Origin: a virus | IMG/VR virus record: IMGVR_UViG_3300023106_000010 | Span: 1-64,000 of that record | Strand: one strand, 5' to 3' | Length of the DNA stretch: 64,000 nt | In this document: piece after piece, positions 10,483 to 17,876 of the stretch | Numbering within the stretch: the stretch's first letter is position 1 | Layout of the letters: every line of letters begins with the position of its first letter | Notes under the pieces: generated by a model | The model's input: the letters and a program-made list of their open reading frames with translations, nothing else | The model's database searches: none | What the model was told of the DNA's origin: nothing | Position numbers and translations under genes: made by a program

Positions 10483-10919
10483 TGTCGTTCTCCTGTGGTT
10501 GATAGCATGGTGGAATATAAAAGACGCTGTGGTAAAGGTTCTCAGCCTCTTCTTGTGCTTCATACTCTTGCAAGAATTCTTCAATCTCTGACATCAAGCT
10601 TTGCCTCCATTAATAACAGCCAAGACAGGCTTATAGTACGCTTCCATATTAGTGTGCAACAGAGACATCACTTCGTGAATAGCCATTTTGTGATCTTCTG
10701 CGTCTTGTACAAAGATTTGGTGAAGCTTCTTGGCATTACCTTTGGCAGTCTGCATGTTATCGGATACGACGGACAGTGTTCAGAGCAATCACATAAGTTT
10801 GCCCGAAGAAGTCTACGCAAGTTTTACCTCGTAGGTTGGCGTAAGTCAGGATTGCCCAGTATTTGATAGTTTTGTACATCTTTCTCCCCTTGTTGTGCAG
10901 AGCAAGCTGTCTGCGGTAA

Positions 10920-11092
10920 GATCATACTATTCTTCAGAATTACTGCTGTCAAGCATTTATTTCTGAGAATTCTTAAAGTTCATAAGTCTTATTGTAGCAC
11001 AGAAATCACCGTTGTCAAGCAGTCAGAATGACAACTATTAGGAGTGTTAACATTTTGTCACCTCTTGACACACAGCATTTCTGTGTTATTAT
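10920..11092. promoter_or_regulatory. divergent promoter cluster (two leftward, one rightward)
   Basis: Minus strand: TTGACA-N17-TAGTAT (~10952-10924) and TTGACA-N16-TACAAT (~11018-10991). Plus strand: TTGACA-N16-TATTAT (11065-11092). Confidence 0.7.
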
Positions 11093-11127
11093 ATGTTCTA
11101 ATAGAGAACAAAGCAAGGAGGATTTAC

Positions 11128-11451
11128 GTGGCAGTAGCTAAAAAAGATGAAAATAGGGTGATTAAGCCTCGCAAGACACCGACAGCACTAATGAAGATTA
11201 TTAAGGCGCTAGACAAGGCTTCGTTCACAGCAGTAGCGAGGCTGGAAAAACTTTGTGACAGTTCTGATGAGAAAATTGGCCTAGACGCAAGTAAGGCAGT
11301 GTTGAGTCTGCGAGATGACATGGAGAACAACGCTAAAAAGATAGAGTTGCAGAGAATGATAGTTGAGCAAAAGCTGGGCAAGGGAATACAAACGGAAGAT
11401 GAGGATGATACCCCTACTGTCGATTTTGAGCAGATTCAGGAAATCTCTTGA
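11128..11451 (+). CDS. probable terminase small subunit
   Basis: Small helical protein, GTG start after AAGGAGG, first gene of the rightward late block upstream of terL. Confidence 0.55.
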   Translation: MAVAKKDENRVIKPRKTPTALMKIIKALDKASFTAVARLEKLCDSSDEKIGLDASKAVLSLRDDMENNAKKIELQRMIVEQKLGKGIQTEDEDDTPTVDFEQIQEIS

Positions 11452-11476
11452 CAGGTGTGAGAATTGTGCGTAGAAT
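11448..11476 (+). promoter_or_regulatory. sigma70-type promoter driving the RNA array
   Basis: TTGACA-N17-TAGAAT; the -35 overlaps the terS stop codon. Confidence 0.8.
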
Positions 11477-11491
11477 GGTTGTATTGTAAAG

Positions 11492-11579
11492 AATCTGATG
11501 GACGCTACCTGAAGATAGATGGCTGCACTCTGTTTCTACGACAGAGGAAATTATGCAACGGTAAGAGTCCGAGTAGATT
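11492..11579 (+). ncRNA. candidate structured RNA or leader
   Basis: Nested helices AATCT/AGATT, GGAC/GTCC, TACC/GGTA, TGCA/TGCA, CTCTGT/ACAGAG. Confidence 0.4.
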
Positions 11580-11618
11580 GTGCCAGAGATGGCTTACTTA
11601 GATAGACAGGAAGATACT

Positions 11619-11861
11619 ATGTTTTTGAAGATTATGAGTGACGATGGCCTTGCAGATAAAGATTATCGCAAGAAGTTCAAGATGATTGAAGTTGTTCAAT
11701 ATGAGTTTTACAAATCTTTTGGTGAGGGTCTTGCAGAGTCTTTCCCTTGTGTTCGTTATACAGATGTCATTGGCAGAGAGAGTTCTTCGGCCATTGACGG
11801 TAATGTGTATGTGATGAACGATCAAGGCAAGACCATTGAAAGCTGGTCGCCTAATACGTAA
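11619..11861 (+). CDS. hypothetical phage protein
   Basis: AGGA RBS, MFLKIMSD...; C-terminal YVMNDQGKTI motif seen in small phage proteins. Confidence 0.65.
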   Translation: MFLKIMSDDGLADKDYRKKFKMIEVVQYEFYKSFGEGLAESFPCVRYTDVIGRESSSAIDGNVYVMNDQGKTIESWSPNT

Positions 11862-11867
11862 AGTTTT

Positions 11868-11960
11868 GCCCACTTCCCATAGCTGGCCGATTGGGCTACC
11901 CTTGTAAGGTAGAATAAGTGTAAACTAACGTCGTGGGTTCAAATCCTACAGTGGGCACCA
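11868..11960 (+). tRNA. trnT: tRNA-Thr(UGU) with unusually long variable region
   Basis: GCCCACT/AGTGGGC acceptor, CTACC-CTTGTAA-GGTAG anticodon arm, GGTTCAAATCC T arm, encoded CCA. Confidence 0.8.
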
Positions 11961-11973
11961 AGTTATTACAGAA

Positions 11974-12214
11974 CGTGTCGGAACTTATCTTTCAGAACGG
12001 GTTAGCCAGCAACGTACACAACGCTACGGACGACTGGAGACTAGTGACTATATCTAGCGAGGGGCTGATAACCCCGGATATAGTTTAAGCCCTAGTATCT
12101 GTATCTAGGCACCATAAAGAAATGAAGGGACGCCTTCTAAAGTCTTCGGAGTGCAAACCTCTGGCCTACAGCAGTTCGTCTGTCTGTAGCTGTTAAGTTT
12201 GACACGGAGCACCA
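11974..12214 (+). ncRNA. unidentified ~240-nt structured RNA (RNA-A)
   Basis: At least 8 nested helices closed by CGTGTCGGAACTTA/TAAGTTTGACACG; ends in ACCA. Confidence 0.65.
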
Positions 12215-12219
12215 ATTGT

Positions 12220-12500
12220 ATTGAAGTAGTATTTAGCAGGAGCGATGTGGGAAGCAGACACATTAATCAGGGAAACGAGACTTCGTTCGGTGAGACCGCG
12301 TAACGATATTGTCTAGCGAAATAGCGGGATTGGATACTCTCTGAGGAGGCCAGAAATGGTGTTACCCCTATGACAGTGGATACGGTTAGGTTGGAAGTCC
12401 AAGCCATTGACTAGACGGAAGGGTAAAACGAGGCGTCGTCACACGCCTATTGTTCCTTTGCTAGAGTAGCGCCTAGCCTCCTGCTAAATACTACTTCAAT
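12220..12500 (+). ncRNA. unidentified ~280-nt structured RNA (RNA-B)
   Basis: Perfect 23-bp terminal inverted repeat, internal hairpins with GNRA loops, predicted pseudoknot. Confidence 0.7.
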
Positions 12501-12507
12501 TTTCAAA

Positions 12508-12583
12508 GCGGGATTAGCTCAGTTGGTAGAGCGATATCTTTCCAAGTTATAGGTCGTCGGTTCGAAGCCGTCATCCCGCTCCA
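12508..12583 (+). tRNA. trnG: tRNA-Gly(UCC)
   Basis: GCGGGAT/ATCCCGC acceptor, AGTTGGTA D loop, TTTCCAA anticodon loop, GGTTCGAAGCC, TCCA end. Confidence 0.93.
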
Positions 12584-12584
12584 G

Positions 12585-12657
12585 AATGTTTCCAGCTTCG
12601 CTCCTTGGTGTGAATCCTCCTCTCCGGGTATCTGAGTTGAGCGAAGCTGGAAGTGTT
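12585..12657 (+). ncRNA. candidate small hairpin RNA with CCUCCU in its loop
   Basis: Perfect 14-bp stem TTCCAGCTTCGCTC/GAGCGAAGCTGGAA with a 35-nt loop. Confidence 0.5.
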
Positions 12658-12837
12658 TTGTATAAGGTTTAAAGCAAAAGTGATGATTTCTAATCGTTTT
12701 TGAGCAGAAATATACATTTTAAAGCATTTGTTATGTTCATAAAAGGTGGTTTTGAATATTAACAAGTTGTGGAGAGGGTGCTTATGTGAGCACTAAGTTG
12801 CAGAGCAAGGTATAGCGTGGCGTCTGCACAAGAACAT

Positions 12838-12923
12838 GGAGAATGACTGGCGAGTGCCAGAGCGAGATTTGAAACCTCGCGGCTGAGAAATCGGTCTGGG
12901 GGCGGCACCTACTTTCTCCGCCA
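12838..12923 (+). tRNA. trnS: tRNA-Ser(UGA) with non-canonical D and T loops
   Basis: GGAGAA/TTCTCC acceptor, G73-CCA, TTTGAAA anticodon loop, long variable arm GGCTGA-GAAA-TCGGTC, T loop GGCGGCA. Confidence 0.75.
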
Positions 12924-12932
12924 ATATTTATG

Positions 12933-12967
12933 GACAGGCTTTGCTAGAAATGGCAAGCCTGTTTTTG
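12933..12967 (+). terminator. intrinsic terminator closing the RNA array
   Basis: GACAGGCTTTGCTA-GAAA-TGGCAAGCCTGT then TTTTG. Confidence 0.75.
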
Positions 12968-12994
12968 TCGTTACTAAAATAAAAGAGGAGTCCT

Positions 12995-14416
12995 ATGGCT
13001 GCTAAAGTTAGTCTTGGTCCAAGCTCTGAGACACACAGAAAGTTTTTAAACTGTAAAAGTGATTATGTAATTTTTGGCGGCGGCGCTGGCTGCGGAAAAT
13101 CACACCAAGCATTACTGCTAATCCTAAAGTACATGAAAGACCCTAATTTCAGGGCAGTATTTATCCGCGAAACTTCTACGCAGCTTTCTCAGGCTGGTGG
13201 ATTGTACCAAGAAGCTGTCGCAATGTGGAGACAATTTGGAGCGGTGTTTAAGACACACCCTCAGATGACCGCAACATTTCCATCCGGCGCACAAGTGCAG
13301 TTTAAAGTTTGTGGTGCAGACCGTGATATCACCAACTACGACGGTGGACAGTATTCACTAGTTGTTTTTGATGAAGCACAAAATCACACACAGGTACAAG
13401 TACGTTATCTTGAGTCTCGCATCCGCTCTAAGGCCAAAGGCCCACACCAACTCGTAGCCACTTGCAATCCCCGGTATAATTCCCACTTGATGCCATTTGT
13501 AGAGGCTTATCTTGATCCAGTGACAGGTATTCCTCGCCCAGAGATGTCAGGTGTAGAACGCTTCTATGGTTCCTACGAAGGTACATTAGTATTTGGTGCG
13601 TCTCAAGAAGAGTTGAATACGAAGTATCCGGGTATTCAGTGCCAATCTTATACGTACATCGCGGCTACTATTAAAGACAACCCGATCATGAATAAGATCA
13701 ATCCGGGCTATGTAAAGCGTCTGGAAAATCTTAAACGTGTAGAACGTGAGCGTCTGTTACTTGGATCGTGGTTTGCTAAAGAATCCACGGCAGGTTACTT
13801 CAAGCGCGAGTGGGTTGAGGAAATTGACAGTGCTCCGAATAACATAACAAATCGTGTACGCGGTATGGATTTGGCAGGTAGCTTACCTTCTGAATCTTAT
13901 CCAGACCCGGATTGGACAGCTTCTGTCATGATGTCGCGTACTGCTGACGGTTTCTATATTGTAGAGCATGGAGAAAGATACCGCAAGCTAATTAATGGTG
14001 TTCTGGAACAAATTGTCGAGACTGACAAAAAGGATAAGAGTTTCGGACTAGAACCTGCTGTTTACACGCCTACGGACCCCGGCCAAGCAGGCAAGGCTGC
14101 AAATATGTTCTTCATTAAGTATCTCGTAGAGAATGGCGTAGATGCCAGAACAGAGGTTAGCAACACCACTGGCAAGTTATCTAAGATGCAACCTTTCTTG
14201 TCTCTTGCCGAAGCTGGTTTGGTGAAGGTTGTCAAGGGAGAGTGGACAGAAGCTTGGTACAACGAGCTTGAGGATTATGTTGACGGTAATCGCCAGCAGA
14301 AGGATGACTATTGGGATGCCACCGGGACAGCAGCTAAAGCGTTGATGAAACAAGTAACAATCCCGAGTTTTGTCATACCTCAATTCACGCAAGCTAGTCC
14401 AATTCCGACTATCTAA
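12995..14416 (+). CDS. terL: terminase large subunit
   Basis: GGGAGCGKS Walker A, VVFDEA Walker B, ATCNP coupling motif, GMDLA and KDDYWDA nuclease motifs. Confidence 0.95.
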   Translation: MAAKVSLGPSSETHRKFLNCKSDYVIFGGGAGCGKSHQALLLILKYMKDPNFRAVFIRETSTQLSQAGGLYQEAVAMWRQFGAVFKTHPQMTATFPSGAQVQFKVCGADRDITNYDGGQYSLVVFDEAQNHTQVQVRYLESRIRSKAKGPHQLVATCNPRYNSHLMPFVEAYLDPVTGIPRPEMSGVERFYGSYEGTLVFGASQEELNTKYPGIQCQSYTYIAATIKDNPIMNKINPGYVKRLENLKRVERERLLLGSWFAKESTAGYFKREWVEEIDSAPNNITNRVRGMDLAGSLPSESYPDPDWTASVMMSRTADGFYIVEHGERYRKLINGVLEQIVETDKKDKSFGLEPAVYTPTDPGQAGKAANMFFIKYLVENGVDARTEVSNTTGKLSKMQPFLSLAEAGLVKVVKGEWTEAWYNELEDYVDGNRQQKDDYWDATGTAAKALMKQVTIPSFVIPQFTQASPIPTI

Positions 14417-14460
14417 GTAAAATAAATCGCTATTATATCATAGAAATCTAAGATTGCCTA

Positions 14461-14488
14461 TTGACAACCAACGGAATTATGATATAAT
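14461..14488 (+). promoter_or_regulatory. promoter for the head genes
   Basis: TTGACA-N16-TATAAT with TG extended -10. Confidence 0.7.
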
Positions 14489-14518
14489 AGCCACTAATTA
14501 AGAAGGAGAGCGCCCACT

Positions 14519-16021
14519 ATGGCTGATACAACAACGCCATCTGGCGATAATTCCGCAGCAGCTTCCCCCGACGAAGGCGTAACAATTCCTCGAATGGCTC
14601 TTACAGAGCAAGGTTTTGTGGGATTAAAACAACGCAACGGTCACATCTATTCTGAGTCTAACACAGTATTTCAATACCCGGCCTTCACCAAAACAGTAAA
14701 TGAAATTCGCAACAACCCTACGGTTGGTGGCGCAATGAATGTTTATCGTATGATGATTTCAAGGGTTAACTGGCGAGTAGAACCTCCTGCAAATGCCACT
14801 GAGCTTGAAAAGCAACGAGCTAAAATAGTAGCATCCATGATGGATGACATGGAAGGTAGTTGGAAAGGATTTATCGAAGAAGTTGTCCCATATCTGGAAT
14901 ATGGCTTTGACATTCACGAGAAAGTCCTCCGTCGCCGATTGCTCCGTAACGGATCAAAATACAATGACGGAATTGTAGGTATTCGTAAGCTTGCCCCTCG
15001 CAATCAAGACACTATCTGTAAATGGAATTTTGATGACACTGGTGCGTATCTGCTAGGTGTTCAGCAAGACATTTCAAATGTGGAAGATGCTGTTAGGTTT
15101 TCCAATAGAAAAGACCCGATGACAGGTTTGGTGAATATTGAACGAGAGAAGTTCTTGTTGTTCACTGCCTCTGGAAACAAAGGCAACCCTCAAGGAAATT
15201 CTATTTATAAGTCAATCTATCTTGCGTTCAAAACCTTGACGCTACTCCAAGAGAGTGAATTGATTGGCACTGCAAAAGATGTCCAAGGTATTCTAAAGAT
15301 CACTATCCCTCCTAAGTATCTGGCACCGGATGCAAGCGCAGCAGATAAAGCAGTAGTAGTAGCCTTCCAGTCGATTATTGATAATTATAATCTAGGTACT
15401 CAACGAGGTTTGCTCGTACCTAACGTTACAGATGACCACGGAAACCAAATGTTCACATATGAGCTTATGGAATCCAAAGGTAATTCTAAATACGACATTG
15501 AAAACATCATCACACGCCTCCAGTCTGACATTCTTTCTGCACTTAGTGTCGATGTTTTGAAGATGGGTGCAAATGGCTCTGGTAGTTTCAGCTTAGCTGA
15601 AAGTAAGACATCAATTCTTGCATTGGCTATTGACTACAGATTGCGTGAAATGGCTTCAACTCTGAATGAAGACCTGATGCGTACTATATACGCTGCTAAC
15701 GGTTGGAGTCAAGATAATCTTCCTAAGTTTGTCTACGAAGATATCGAAGACATTGACCTTGCCGAGTTCGCCAAAGCAATCCAACAAATTGTCAGTGTGA
15801 GTGCAATTGAGATTGACCGTCCATTTATGAATCGTGTTCGCAGAGCACTAGGCATCCCAGAGCGCCCTGAAGACGAGCCTGTAAGTAAGGACGAACTTCC
15901 TGCAACATTGGCTGCTGTGGAAACAAACGCTGCCGAAGGTATGACAACCGCAGGACCGGGAACTTCTAAAAGTCCTATGGGTAAGGGCGATGCGGGTACT
16001 GATAATGCAAACAACAAATAA
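14519..16021 (+). CDS. portal protein
   Basis: 500 aa after terL; YGFxxHEKV, GNPQGxS and GSFSLAESK motifs of the DUF935-like portal family. Confidence 0.85.
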   Translation: MADTTTPSGDNSAAASPDEGVTIPRMALTEQGFVGLKQRNGHIYSESNTVFQYPAFTKTVNEIRNNPTVGGAMNVYRMMISRVNWRVEPPANATELEKQRAKIVASMMDDMEGSWKGFIEEVVPYLEYGFDIHEKVLRRRLLRNGSKYNDGIVGIRKLAPRNQDTICKWNFDDTGAYLLGVQQDISNVEDAVRFSNRKDPMTGLVNIEREKFLLFTASGNKGNPQGNSIYKSIYLAFKTLTLLQESELIGTAKDVQGILKITIPPKYLAPDASAADKAVVVAFQSIIDNYNLGTQRGLLVPNVTDDHGNQMFTYELMESKGNSKYDIENIITRLQSDILSALSVDVLKMGANGSGSFSLAESKTSILALAIDYRLREMASTLNEDLMRTIYAANGWSQDNLPKFVYEDIEDIDLAEFAKAIQQIVSVSAIEIDRPFMNRVRRALGIPERPEDEPVSKDELPATLAAVETNAAEGMTTAGPGTSKSPMGKGDAGTDNANNK

Positions 16022-16030
16022 AGGGGCTTC

Positions 16031-16879
16031 ATGAAAGCACATAAACTTCAGAGGCTTCTTTCTAGTATTTATGGAAAACCTCTACTTATTAGCAAGACAG
16101 GTTTTCAGTCAATTTCTGGCTATCTTCAATCTCGTAATGCAGAGTTGATGAAGTTCCCAGAAGAGGATGAATCTAAACTAGTACCTGCCCCAGCAATGGA
16201 TGAAAACTCTGGCGTGGGAATCATCGAAATTCGAGGGCCACTGACATACCGCACAACGGGATGGGAAGCATTTTGTGGCGGGTATTCCTATGAGATGCTT
16301 CTTGAACAAGCTGAAGAACTGATTGAAAGTGGCGTAAAAACTATTGTCATGGACTGTGATTCAGGCGGTGGCGAAGCATACGGATGTTTTGAGTCAGCTA
16401 ACGAGCTTCGCAAGATGTGCGATGACAATGGCGTGAAACTTCTGGCGTATGTAGATGGTTCGGCCTGTAGTGCGATGTACGGCATTGCATGTGTGGCAGA
16501 TGAGGTCGTCTCCAATCCTTTCTCAGATGTAGGTTCAATCGGCGTACTGATTGCCTTGTACAACGATAGCAAACACCTTGAGCAAGAAGGCTACGAGCGA
16601 ATTTACATCACTGACGGTACGGATAAAGTTCCATTTGATTCTGAAGGCAATTTCAAAGATTCCTTCCTAGAAGAGTTGCAAACTCGTGTTGCACAACTGG
16701 GGGATGAATTCAGAAGCCATGTTGCGGCATATACAGGCTTGTCAGTTGAAGCTTTGAAGAGTACACAAGCTAGAGTCTACAGTGCACAGGATGCTTTGTC
16801 AATGGGCCTAATCAACAAAATTCAAACACGTTCGGAGTTTGTCTCCTACGTACTTTCTAACCAAGGAACAGACGAATGA
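16031..16879 (+). CDS. prohead protease, S49 (SppA) family
   Basis: DSGGGE, ACSAMY, VGSIGV motifs. Confidence 0.9.
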   Translation: MKAHKLQRLLSSIYGKPLLISKTGFQSISGYLQSRNAELMKFPEEDESKLVPAPAMDENSGVGIIEIRGPLTYRTTGWEAFCGGYSYEMLLEQAEELIESGVKTIVMDCDSGGGEAYGCFESANELRKMCDDNGVKLLAYVDGSACSAMYGIACVADEVVSNPFSDVGSIGVLIALYNDSKHLEQEGYERIYITDGTDKVPFDSEGNFKDSFLEELQTRVAQLGDEFRSHVAAYTGLSVEALKSTQARVYSAQDALSMGLINKIQTRSEFVSYVLSNQGTDE

Positions 16880-17388
16880 AATTTCTAGATCGTTTTAAAA
16901 CCGCAGCCAAGCCTGCACAACAAGAAGGAGACACCGAAATGTCCCAAACCACGGAGGTGGCTAACTTGGCTGCTGATGACAAAACTGTAGAACTGAGCGC
17001 TGCTCTTACTGCAAAAGAAACTCAACTGGCTGAAATGCAAGAGAAATTTGCAGAAATGGAAGCTAAGCTGAACGCAATCGAAACCGAGAAAGCTTCTTTG
17101 GCTGCACATGCTAAAGCTGTTGTAGCGGCATCCCGTAAGGAAAAACTGGAAGCTGTGCTTGGTACTGAAGGTGCTGCCCCTGTTCTGGCAACTCTGGAAA
17201 ATGCTGACGATGCGACTTTCAACACCATGTACGCGGCTTTTTCTGCAAATATGGATGTCGAATCGAAGTCGAAAATGTTTAAAGAAGAAGGCGTAGCAGC
17301 AGAGGTGAAAACTCCTGTTGAAGAAGCCGACACTGCAACCCGCCTCGCAGCAAAAATTGCTGCTCAATATAATCCTGAAGGAAAGTAA
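16876..17388 (+). CDS. probable capsid scaffold protein
   Basis: Acidic coiled-coil between protease and decoration protein; second RBS and ATG at 16939. Confidence 0.65.
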   Translation: MKFLDRFKTAAKPAQQEGDTEMSQTTEVANLAADDKTVELSAALTAKETQLAEMQEKFAEMEAKLNAIETEKASLAAHAKAVVAASRKEKLEAVLGTEGAAPVLATLENADDATFNTMYAAFSANMDVESKSKMFKEEGVAAEVKTPVEEADTATRLAAKIAAQYNPEGK

Positions 17389-17390
17389 TA

Positions 17391-17810
17391 ATGACTGTTA
17401 TCGCTACTGAAACCCAACACTACAGCAATGTTGTGAAACGTGAATTTGAGCCAGAGTGGGGCTACTGCAAGAAAGTAGTTACACTGAATGGTCCTGCTGC
17501 TACTCTGCCAATCGGCTCGGTTCTGGGTCTGGTTACTGCCACTGGTAAGTACAAGCTGATGGAAACTTCGGCTGCTGATGGCTCGCAAAATCCATCGGTT
17601 GTTGTTGTTGGTGATGCCACTGGTCGTCCAGTTTCAACCGTTGTTGCAGCTAACACTGACACTAAGTTCTTGGTCATGTATCGCGGCCCTGCTGCTGTCG
17701 CTGACGCTTCGCTGACTTTCGGTGCAACTGTTACTGCTGGCGCTGTTCGTACTGCTCAACTGCTGGCACTGACTACCAACTCTGGTATCGACGTTCTGAC
17801 CCAAATCTAA
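17391..17810 (+). CDS. head decoration protein (lambda gpD-like)
   Basis: GSVLG...TGKY...ADGSQ motif; immediately before the capsid gene. Confidence 0.8.
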   Translation: MTVIATETQHYSNVVKREFEPEWGYCKKVVTLNGPAATLPIGSVLGLVTATGKYKLMETSAADGSQNPSVVVVGDATGRPVSTVVAANTDTKFLVMYRGPAAVADASLTFGATVTAGAVRTAQLLALTTNSGIDVLTQI

Positions 17811-17876
17811 TAGTTGTCTTTGACAACACAAGCCCCTCACGGGGCAATTCTCTCTGACAATTAAAGGAAATAAATA

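Noticed and set aside
11495-11552. Hammerhead ribozyme
   Set aside because: Core reads CTGATGG rather than CUGANGA, and GAAA is not placed after a stem II
12030-12430. Group I intron, suggested by GAGACTAG...GATATAGT and GACTAGACGG resembling P7 strands
   Set aside because: No matching TAGTC partner for the G-binding site; GATATAGTT pairs with a nearer perfect complement; no interrupted gene or tRNA flanks it
11974-12500. tmRNA, RNase P, 6S or SRP RNA
   Set aside because: No GGGG..CCACCA alanyl acceptor with a T arm, no GAGGAAAGUCC/P4 signature, no 6S rod shape and no SRP helix-8 motif
11960-12930. Theta/HDV-like ribozymes at tRNA 3' ends
   Set aside because: No nested double pseudoknot starting right after any tRNA; all tRNAs encode CCA
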